64,000 nt of DNA. Origin: Kiritimatiellia bacterium (GTDB lineage Bacteria > Verrucomicrobiota > Kiritimatiellia > RFP12 > UBA1067). The stretch covers positions 4,697 to 68,696 of the forward strand of contig JAZOQU010000040.1 of assembly GCA_045656225.1 (NCBI GenBank), given 5' to 3'. Shown here one piece after another: positions 35,222 to 43,042 of the stretch. Positions within the stretch are counted from its first letter, which is position 1. Every line of letters begins with the position of its first letter. The translations under genes were made by a program, and so were the position numbers. The notes under the pieces are model-generated. The model searched no databases. It worked only from the letters and a program-made list of their open reading frames with translations, and was not told the origin of the DNA.

Positions 35222-38083
35222 ATGAAACAAATACTAAGTAAGTGCTTCAGTAAGATGAAGTGTGTTGCGCTTACATTGTTCGCCGCGCTTTGCGTCGGAT
35301 CAGTGTGGGGTGCGTCTGCAGAGTTAGAGAATAGTAATGCACGGATAGAGGACGGTGACTTTAAGTTCACAACCCTAATTACGCAAATAGGTTCAACATC
35401 AACCAGATATGGATATTTAGATGCTGAAGTATTGAATGCTAATGATGAAGTTGTAATTTCTTCTACTAGGCTTATTGATGGGCAAAAGTTTGCGAACAAG
35501 GATACCAGTACTTATCAACAATCGTTTGATTGTGTTTTCGAGGGTGTTGGAACTACGACTGAATGTTTTACGATTCAAGAATTTTATGATAAGGGCTATT
35601 GTGTAAAATTAACCTTCAATGGTACAAAGAAGACGTCGTACACAGAACTTGATTGCCCAGGCCATGGAGAGATTGTTATTTGGAGAGATACAGGGGTTAA
35701 TTCAAGCGAGATGAAGTTCGCTGAATCTTCATCGATTGTTGATGGTAAGCTTGTTGCCCCGTCGTATCCTTATGTATCGGGCGAGTATGATACGACAAAG
35801 GGTATTACTAAAATTGTAATAAGATATTCAATTAATGATAAATTATTTGCAAATGCAGTCACTAAAGAAGCGACTCTTAATAATAGTGATGGTACTTACA
35901 GGTGCGAGATACCCGCGGAATATGCGAGCGACATCATAAATTGGGAAGTTATCGTATATGCTGGAGCAGAGAGTGTTGTATATTATCGTGATCCAGGTAC
36001 TGCTTTGCAGAAACAGTCCGCAGTAATGCAAGAGGATAATCTAGAATTTACATGGTTAGGAACAGTTGATAATAAGTGGGATAGCCTTGGTAATTGGAGT
36101 TGGACTGGGCGCAGTGGATGCGGATATCCAGGTAAAAAAGCTTATTCGTATTATGTAACGAAAGCTAAGTTTACTAAAAATGCTGAGGTTGATTTAAACA
36201 GCGGTGCATATTATCTTTGGGATAATAACCGTGGTTTTGAGATGACAGAGGGTATTACGGTTAAGCTTAAAAATGGTACGCTCGGCTTTCAGCCTCATAA
36301 TGATGGTAGTAGGGCTACGTTGAATTTTGGTAAGGCCAATTCTACTCTTATTTTAAATAACGTGACTATGCCATATATGCCTAGTAAAGCTGATACTTGG
36401 TATTCTTTAAAGCCAGTTGATAGCTCTACTGTTGTTGTAGAAGGGACTAAGAATTACTACTGGAGATTTAACCCCGGCAATATAAATACGAAATTTAAGG
36501 TAATGGACGGAACGGTGCAGTCGGGCTATACCGCAGCAACTCCTGGTTCTGGCTCGCAGCTTGAAATTGAAAACGGAGTCTACATTGTAAAGGCTGATGC
36601 TGAGTCTGGGCTTGCTGCGACAACAACCTTCCGTGATGGACCAGATAGACAGGCTCGCTTATGGTTGCGTAATTCGAGCTCGGGGAGTACGTATTATAAA
36701 TTTAAGCTTTATGGAAAATATAACATAAAGATACCTGCAAGTCCTTATACTAGTGCGTATATTGCTTGCTCTTATATAAGTGCGGTTGACAATAATGCTC
36801 AGTTTGTTCTTGATGTAACTGATTACAAGGGCGGGGAAAGGGTTTTGCTTCTTAGCCAGCCAAGTGCAGGTGACGGAACGAATACTCGTATGGAAGACTT
36901 TTTAGCAAAAAGTTCATCATTAGTAATCAAAGTTAATGGTCAAACAGTTGAAAATTCTACGCGTAATGCTCGACTTGTGTGGGATTATTCGGAAAAGAAA
37001 CTTTATTATCAGCAGGATTCGTTAAACGCCGCGAAGATTGGTAATACTGAGTACGCGACGCTTGGCGCAGCGCTTGAGGCTGCGGCAGATGGTGCAACCA
37101 TTAAGGTTCTTAACAATGTTGAGATTACTTCTTACTTGCAGATCACTAAGTCTCTTACGCTTGACTTGAACGGCAAGTCGATTACGCGTACAGATTCTAC
37201 AGACAACTCCACAGCCCTCTTTGTGAATGCTGCTGACGCGATTGTCACGATTACAGGCGATGGCACTGTCACAGCTGATCATGCTGTGTATGTCAACGCA
37301 GGTAAGGTGGTTATTGAAAATGGTACATTCAGTGCTGGTACCCATGCCGTTTACGTGATCAATAATGGTAATGCCGAGATCAAGGGCGGTACATTCTCCA
37401 GTGAAGATGGTCAGTATCATTACGTTCTCAACGAGTACGATCAGACGCGTGATGCTACATCGATTGTTGTTACGGGCGGTACATTCGTTGGCTTCAATCC
37501 TGCTAATAACGGAGCTGAAGGTGAAAATACAAACTTCTGCGCCCTTGATTATGAAGCTGTCGCAGGTGATGTTGATGGGACATGGGTGGTTCAGAAAGCG
37601 ATCTCTGAGCTTAAGCCTGGCATCCCGGTAACTAACATTTCCGCTACGACTGAAGAAGAGGCAATCAATAAGGTAGAACTTAAGGTTGAAGTTCCTGAGA
37701 ATGCTAATATCACAAAAGATGAATATGCTGAATACTTCAAGATTGTCGCTACCGAAACTTCTGAAGGTTCGGGCGTATGGGAAGTAGCGGTCGTTCTTGA
37801 TGACACAAAGGTTAAGCCTGTAATCGCTGAGACGACGGCAGATGACACCACCAAGGAAGCGTTTGTAATTGACGATGACGGTAATGTTACGCTCAATATC
37901 AGCAATAAGAAGCCTGGTCTTTACTATGGTGTTCAGGTTCTTGCAGAACTTGGCGCTGATCCTGTAGCTGTCGTTCCTGAGACAGAAGCTGGCGCTCTCG
38001 TTGTTACTGCGGATGATATTCCCGACGGTAACGCTGCGTTCTTCAAGGTCGTTGTTGACTTTAAGCCGATTGTAGCTGAGTAA
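35222..38083 (+). CDS. Paralogous secreted surface protein P1 (about 953 aa from ATG 35222)
   Basis: Family signal peptide KCVALTLFAALCVGSVWGA, conserved core YYQQDSLNAAKIGNTEYATLGAALEAAADGATIKVLNN, beta-helix-like G-rich repeats, C-terminus FFKVVVDFK shared with P2. Confidence 0.8.
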   Translation: MKQILSKCFSKMKCVALTLFAALCVGSVWGASAELENSNARIEDGDFKFTTLITQIGSTSTRYGYLDAEVLNANDEVVISSTRLIDGQKFANKDTSTYQQSFDCVFEGVGTTTECFTIQEFYDKGYCVKLTFNGTKKTSYTELDCPGHGEIVIWRDTGVNSSEMKFAESSSIVDGKLVAPSYPYVSGEYDTTKGITKIVIRYSINDKLFANAVTKEATLNNSDGTYRCEIPAEYASDIINWEVIVYAGAESVVYYRDPGTALQKQSAVMQEDNLEFTWLGTVDNKWDSLGNWSWTGRSGCGYPGKKAYSYYVTKAKFTKNAEVDLNSGAYYLWDNNRGFEMTEGITVKLKNGTLGFQPHNDGSRATLNFGKANSTLILNNVTMPYMPSKADTWYSLKPVDSSTVVVEGTKNYYWRFNPGNINTKFKVMDGTVQSGYTAATPGSGSQLEIENGVYIVKADAESGLAATTTFRDGPDRQARLWLRNSSSGSTYYKFKLYGKYNIKIPASPYTSAYIACSYISAVDNNAQFVLDVTDYKGGERVLLLSQPSAGDGTNTRMEDFLAKSSSLVIKVNGQTVENSTRNARLVWDYSEKKLYYQQDSLNAAKIGNTEYATLGAALEAAADGATIKVLNNVEITSYLQITKSLTLDLNGKSITRTDSTDNSTALFVNAADAIVTITGDGTVTADHAVYVNAGKVVIENGTFSAGTHAVYVINNGNAEIKGGTFSSEDGQYHYVLNEYDQTRDATSIVVTGGTFVGFNPANNGAEGENTNFCALDYEAVAGDVDGTWVVQKAISELKPGIPVTNISATTEEEAINKVELKVEVPENANITKDEYAEYFKIVATETSEGSGVWEVAVVLDDTKVKPVIAETTADDTTKEAFVIDDDGNVTLNISNKKPGLYYGVQVLAELGADPVAVVPETEAGALVVTADDIPDGNAAFFKVVVDFKPIVAE

Positions 38084-38112
38084 TCAGTAAAAAACTGAAA
38101 ACTAAACTAAAA

Positions 38113-38137
38113 GGCTCGGGGCAACCCGGGCCTTTTT
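38113..38137 (+). terminator. Rho-independent terminator of P1
   Basis: GGCTCGGG-gcaa-CCCGGGCC followed by TTTTT. Confidence 0.8.
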
Positions 38138-38189
38138 AGTCGTTAGTGATTAGTCGTTAGTGATTGGTGATTAGTCGATAGTCGCTAGT

Positions 38190-38534
38190 TTATATTTTAA
38201 GCTGTTTTGCGATTGTTGTATTAAATTCATCGCGCACTTCAGCTTGGGTCGCAAAATTGGACCATTGATGTACAGCGTCTTTAACTTCATCTAGAATGGC
38301 TCTCGCCTTGCGCTCGCGTATATTCGCGAAGCTCGCGGCAGCGATTATGTCTTCGTCTGTTATGCCGATTCGCTTTCCGTTTACTGACATTTGATGCTGG
38401 CTCGTCCAATCTCCTTCGGGGTTGTAGGCATAGCATTCATCATAAGCTGGAGCGAGGCTCCATTTGCCATTACGATCCATTAGGTATGCAATGTTCTTTA
38501 CGTGATCATCACAGTTCCAACATGAGTTCCCCAT
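38190..38534 (-). pseudogene. Truncated hipA (C-terminal third only)
   Basis: NCDDHVKNIAYLMDRNGKWSLAPAYDECYA aligns with the catalytic loop and C-terminus of HipA 32380-33522. The P-loop and N-terminal roughly 270 aa are missing; only 44 nt separate it from the HTH gene. Confidence 0.6.
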
Positions 38535-38578
38535 AGATAAACATTGGCTGTGTTATGCATAGCGTTTTTCTTTCGAGA

Positions 38579-38989
38579 TTATTCTATCGGTACTCCATCG
38601 CCCCAGACTCGTTTTGGAGGAGTATTATTTTTGGTACGAACGCGTTTTGGCTCAGGCTTGTTAAATTTATTCAGTTCAGCGATTTGAAGCGGCGTCAATG
38701 TTGGTGGTGGAAGCACTAAAGAGATTTTATTAAGAACATTTAGGCATCGTAGTATTGACATAAATGATTCAAGGTGAATTCCACCAGCGCCATTTTCAAG
38801 GCGTGAGAGCGCATAGCGTGAAAGACCAGCCTGTTGCGCTAATTCTTCTTGTTTCATTCGTGAGCTAATGCGAAGATAAGCTATTCGTCGGCCTATTTCT
38901 TTTAACAAAGCGATATTAGGGAGTTCATTTGTTATGTCCATAGTGTGTCGTTTTTGTGTTGTTAGACTATGATTAATAGATTTACGCAT
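38579..38989 (-). CDS. XRE-family HTH protein with Pro/Lys-rich C-terminal extension (likely start MDITNEL at 38941)
   Basis: IGRRIAYLRISSRMKQEELAQQAGLSRYALSRLENG; tail KFNKPEPKRVRTKNNTPPKRVWGDG. Confidence 0.7.
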   Translation of the reverse strand: MRKSINHSLTTQKRHTMDITNELPNIALLKEIGRRIAYLRISSRMKQEELAQQAGLSRYALSRLENGAGGIHLESFMSILRCLNVLNKISLVLPPPTLTPLQIAELNKFNKPEPKRVRTKNNTPPKRVWGDGVPIE

Positions 38990-39057
38990 TAGATATGTGA
39001 CATATTAAACCATATTTTAATGAGAGATGCAAGTGCTTCGATATTTTAAAGTAAATA

Positions 39058-39179
39058 AGAGGTTGTTGTCGACTTTAACGAGATTAAGTAATCAGTAAAA
39101 AAATGAAAGCTAAACTAATAGGCTCGGGGTAACCCGGGCCTTTTTTAGTCGAAGGGCGGTTTTGGGAGTTAGCCGCAAA
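39058..39179 (+). repeat. Orphan 3' end plus terminator of a surface-protein family member, with 33-bp tail repeat
   Basis: GGTTGTTGTCGACTTTAACGAGATTAAGTAA matches the last codons of P2 (VVVDFKEIK*). Then GGCTCGGGGTAACCCGGGCC-T6, then AGTCGAAGGGCGGTTTTGGGAGTTAGCCGCAAA, repeated at 42845-42877. Confidence 0.75.
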
Positions 39180-39431
39180 GGTATAATGTAGAGGACGCAA
39201 AGGTGGTCGTAAAGGACCTTCAGTTAATACGACTGCGGTATCTTTCAAAATACTCATATAAATGTGTGAAAGCAAAATGTCGGCAGAGTTGGCGATTTGC
39301 AATTGACTTTGAGCGGGGTTAGATGATAATGAGCCATTAGAACGTGAAGTTGAAGGAGTTTTGATTCTTCAGTGGAGAGTTTTTATTGATCGACTTTGGG
39401 CGGGTGAATTATTTTAATTGAACATTTTCAC

Positions 39432-39460
39432 TTGTAATATTTTACGGAAAAGCATATACT
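39432..39460 (+). promoter_or_regulatory. Candidate sigma70 promoter of P2 (-35 TTGTAA, 17 bp, -10 TATACT)
   Basis: Positionally homologous to the stronger P3 promoter. Confidence 0.45.
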
Positions 39461-39548
39461 TCAAATTACAAGATGAGGATTGGGTCGCTAGTTATGCATA
39501 AGAATTGCGATTTAACCGCGTTTAACGACTGCGGATGTAATTCTTATA

Positions 39549-39561
39549 CCCCCCCCCCCCC
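39549..39561 (+). repeat. Poly-C tract, 13 nt, in the P2 leader
   Basis: Counted directly; the homologous position upstream of P3 has C10. Confidence 0.95.
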
Positions 39562-39695
39562 GCAGCTCTAAGAAACTTAATACGCGCCAATTCTGGCGCG
39601 ATAATTCCACTAAAATTTCAAACGATATGTCACTATGGAGATTCTCTCTATAGTGCGCTTTCGTTTATTTAAAAACCTAAGAAAGAAGGTCACAA

Positions 39696-42605
39696 ATGAA
39701 ACAAAAATTAATAAGTAAATTAAAGCGAGTAGCGCTCGCGCTTTTCGCCGCGCTTTGCGTCGGCAGCGTGTGGGGAGCCGAAATCTACACAGGAGGCGAT
39801 CCGATCTGTACATTTGATGTTCAGACAAAGAAGCTATATTTTAAACGTGGATTTACACCGTTTGAAAAAGGAACATATTGCATTTATTGTACTTACTCAT
39901 ATAATAATCAATCGGGTGAACAAATTTCAGGGGAAGGGCGAGCGCAAATAACAGCTACCAAAACTTATTGGAATGATGATAACTATTGGCCGAGTCTTAC
40001 CAAGGAGTTTGTATTGTCAGATTTTCCTGTCGGTGGAGTTTTAACGGCGTCAGTAGCGTTTCAGAAGCAAAATGGTAGTGAATGGGTAAATTGCGAAGAA
40101 TATGGCGATAGCCCCATTGTATTAAATTATTCGTTTGATACGGGTGGCGTCCTTTCTTCGGACTGTATCTGGCAAGTAACGCCAGAGAAAAAGTTTATCA
40201 TTTCGGGTCAGACTTCTGGTGGAAATATAAAGTCGGTTAGAGTGAGATATGTCGTTGGAAATTCAGAATATGCGGAATTGTCGAATGAAGCACAGTCGGT
40301 TGATGCAGAATACGACCCAACAACAGGAGCGTACAGAGCAGAAATTCCGTTTACGGAAAACGGGATCTTTTTATCATATAGTGTTTTTGCCGTATATGGT
40401 GATGCGACTGAAAAAATATACACTGATGCTCAAAGTTCAGACAATGTTTTTAGTACACAATATAAAGAAAAAGCATCTTGCACTTATACATGGCGGGGAG
40501 AAGGAGAAGATGATATATGGACAAATTTTGCGAATTGGAATATGGAGGGATTAGGTTTTGGTTACCCTGGATTAAATTACGACAATATAACTGGCGAATA
40601 TGTTGCTGGTACAGACGGTGCAAGAAGTACTGTTCGCTTTGTTGGGAATGCGGAAATAGATCTTGAAGGGAAAGCATATGAGTTTTATGAGCAGAATGAT
40701 AGTACTTCTGCCCAAAATACGCCGTATCGCGGGCTTACTTTTGAGAAGCCCGATGAACTTGATAAAATGTTTGTTGTTCTTAAAAACGGTACAATTGGAA
40801 CTAAAGTACCTGCTGATAGATATGGGCCGCTTCTTCTTGGCGCGGCAGGTGTGGAGTTGGAATTCCGCAACGCTGAGTTTAAGATAAGAACCGCTAGTAA
40901 TTATCTTCGTCTTAACAAAGACGCTACGATTGTATTTTCCGGCGATGAAGGTCGGTCTAAGAATCAAGCGTGGTATTTCGCGCCGAAGAGCGATATGACG
41001 AATAGCCGTTTAGTATTTCGCAACTTCATTGGTTATACGTATTATAGCGCGGCTAATACATCAATTGCTTCTGGTTCAGTCGTTGAGATTACAAATTCGG
41101 TCTGGAAAGTTAGAACTGGAACGTCGGCTGATTCTTCCGCAAGTAACGGCTTTGCCGAGAGGGTGGTTTTCCGTGATGGTGATGATCGCCAAGCTCAGTT
41201 GAAGTGTGTTGCGTATTATAAGGTTGGAAATACGACTGATGATCAATGGGCTAATATCAATCTCAATAATACATACGATATTAAGATTCCTGCCGCAGGT
41301 CATGAAGACGCAAGTATTTTCGCAAAGAACTTAACTGCGGGTCCCACGGGTACTTTCGAGATTGATGTAACTGATTATGTGACGGGAGAAAGGGTGCCTG
41401 TTGTGGAATTAATGGGTACACCTGCGTATACGACACTTCCAAAGCTTGTGGCCAAAGCGAACGGTGCTGATGTTACTGATGCCCGCAACGCCAAGCTGGT
41501 GTGGGACGGCAACTTTATGTATTATCAGCAGGATTCGCAGAACGCAGCTTCGATCGGTGCTACTGAGTACGCGACGCTCGGCGAGGCGGTTGAGAAGGCG
41601 GCTGACGGCGCTGCGATTAAAGTTCTTAACAATTGCACCGCTGATACAGCTTGCGTAATCGCTAACAAGACGCTTACTATCGACTTGAACGGTAAGACGG
41701 TTAAGGCGAATGATACTGACGCGGCGACCGATGGCAATGGCGTATTCTGGGTTCAGGCTGGCGGCGTACTTACGCTTGAGGATTCGAGCGAGGATAAGAG
41801 CGGTACTGTAGACGGTAATGGCGGCAATGGCTATAAGATGGCCATTTGGGCTGATGGTGGTAAGGTTGTAATTAATGCCGGTAATTACGTCAATGATAAT
41901 GATGGTACTCATAATCAGTACGATCTTATCTACGCTAAGAACGGTGGCGAGATTGTAATTAATGGTGGTACCTTTAAGTGCGATACTCCCCGTTGGACGC
42001 TCAACAGTCACAATACGAAGCCGGGTACGTTCGTAGTTACGGGTGGTAAGTTCTATCAGTATAATCCTACTGACTTCGATACCGACGAAGCCGTTACGAC
42101 TTGGTGCGATGCTAAGTATCGTGCTGAGGCTGATGGTGATTGGTATATCATTAAGGAGGGCTACACTGTTACTGAGGAATCGGCTGCTACTGTTACCGCT
42201 GATACCGAGGCTGAAGCTTTGGCGCAGGTCGACTTTAGTGTTACTACCCCTGATGGCGTAGACGCTACCGCTTATAAGAACTACTTTAAGCTTGTTGCGA
42301 CTGAGACCGCCGAGGGTTCCAAGACTTGGACAGTTGCTCTCGCTCTTAAGGACGAGCTTAAGCCTGTAATCGCTGAGACGACCAATGATGATGGTACGGT
42401 TACTCCCGCTCTCACCTTTGAGGATGGTAAGGTTACGGTCAACATCGAGAACGAGCTCCCTGGTCTTTACTATGGCGTTCGTTATGCTACGACAGTTGAG
42501 GCGGTAGATGCCGCGGAGATTGTTCCTGGCTTTACGGTTACGCCCGCTGAAGGCGATACGGCCGGCTTCTTCAAGGTCGTTGTCGACTTTAAAGAAATTA
42601 AGTAA
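39696..42605 (+). CDS. Paralogous secreted surface protein P2 (969 aa)
   Basis: Signal peptide LKRVALALFAALCVGSVWGA. N-terminal and central regions collinear with P3; C-terminal ~150 aa collinear with P1. Confidence 0.85.
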   Translation: MKQKLISKLKRVALALFAALCVGSVWGAEIYTGGDPICTFDVQTKKLYFKRGFTPFEKGTYCIYCTYSYNNQSGEQISGEGRAQITATKTYWNDDNYWPSLTKEFVLSDFPVGGVLTASVAFQKQNGSEWVNCEEYGDSPIVLNYSFDTGGVLSSDCIWQVTPEKKFIISGQTSGGNIKSVRVRYVVGNSEYAELSNEAQSVDAEYDPTTGAYRAEIPFTENGIFLSYSVFAVYGDATEKIYTDAQSSDNVFSTQYKEKASCTYTWRGEGEDDIWTNFANWNMEGLGFGYPGLNYDNITGEYVAGTDGARSTVRFVGNAEIDLEGKAYEFYEQNDSTSAQNTPYRGLTFEKPDELDKMFVVLKNGTIGTKVPADRYGPLLLGAAGVELEFRNAEFKIRTASNYLRLNKDATIVFSGDEGRSKNQAWYFAPKSDMTNSRLVFRNFIGYTYYSAANTSIASGSVVEITNSVWKVRTGTSADSSASNGFAERVVFRDGDDRQAQLKCVAYYKVGNTTDDQWANINLNNTYDIKIPAAGHEDASIFAKNLTAGPTGTFEIDVTDYVTGERVPVVELMGTPAYTTLPKLVAKANGADVTDARNAKLVWDGNFMYYQQDSQNAASIGATEYATLGEAVEKAADGAAIKVLNNCTADTACVIANKTLTIDLNGKTVKANDTDAATDGNGVFWVQAGGVLTLEDSSEDKSGTVDGNGGNGYKMAIWADGGKVVINAGNYVNDNDGTHNQYDLIYAKNGGEIVINGGTFKCDTPRWTLNSHNTKPGTFVVTGGKFYQYNPTDFDTDEAVTTWCDAKYRAEADGDWYIIKEGYTVTEESAATVTADTEAEALAQVDFSVTTPDGVDATAYKNYFKLVATETAEGSKTWTVALALKDELKPVIAETTNDDGTVTPALTFEDGKVTVNIENELPGLYYGVRYATTVEAVDAAEIVPGFTVTPAEGDTAGFFKVVVDFKEIK

Positions 42606-42633
42606 TTACTAATTACTGAATAGTTAAACTAAA

Positions 42634-42659
42634 AGGCTCGGGATACCCCGGGCCTTTTT
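42634..42659 (+). terminator. Rho-independent terminator of P2
   Basis: GGCTCGGG-atac-CCCGGGCC followed by TTTTTT. Confidence 0.8.
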
Positions 42660-42794
42660 TGTTATTAGTGTTTTTTGTGGCTGTGGAGCATTGGGTTGGC
42701 GCCTACCTTCTTAATAATCCTAGGGTTTTGGGATTGAAATCCAAAAAAAATATAATAAAACGGGATTGAAATCCTTATTATATTTCTCATTTTA

Positions 42795-42877
42795 TAAAGT
42801 AATACTTGAAGTGATAAAAGGCTCGGGGCATCCCGAGCCTTTTTAGTCGAAGGGCGGTTATGGGAGTTAGCCGCAAA
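42795..42877 (+). repeat. Second orphan family terminator plus 33-bp tail repeat
   Basis: AAAAGGCTCGGGGCATCCCGAGCCTTTTT, then AGTCGAAGGGCGGTTATGGGAGTTAGCCGCAAA. Confidence 0.7.
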
Positions 42878-42898
42878 TTGCGATCTTTGGGTTCTTTG

Positions 42899-43036
42899 CG
42901 GTAAAAAAAGTGTGTAAAGTCACAATTATTTTCCCTTCATATTGCTTTTAGAGGTAAATCTGTAGTATAATATGTATAAACGAAGGTAAAAAAAATGTGT
43001 AAAGGCGCAATTATTTTTCCTTCATAATGTTGTTTT
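42899..43036 (+). repeat. Two ~50-bp direct repeats upstream of the AAA ATPase gene
   Basis: GGTAAAAAAAGTGTGTAAAGTCACAATTATTTTCCCTTCATATTGCTTTT (42899-42949) vs GGTAAAAAAAATGTGTAAAGGCGCAATTATTTTTCCTTCATAATGTTGTTTT (42985-43036); GTAGTATAAT lies between them. Confidence 0.8.
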
Positions 43037-43042
43037 GATGAA

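Noticed and set aside
35011-35499. 162-aa minus-strand ORF overlapping the P1 start, and the GTG start at 35192 for P1
   Set aside because: The ORF is antisense to the conserved signal-peptide region. P2 and P3 both start MK(Q/E)… directly before the signal peptide, which favours ATG 35222 for P1.
42730-42774. Two copies of GGGATTGAAATCC (ATTGAAA-type ending reminiscent of CRISPR repeats) 32 bp apart
   Set aside because: There are only two 13-nt copies, no cas genes and no regular repeat-spacer periodicity. The surrounding AAATATAATAA/TTATTATATTT arms suggest a local hairpin, not an array.
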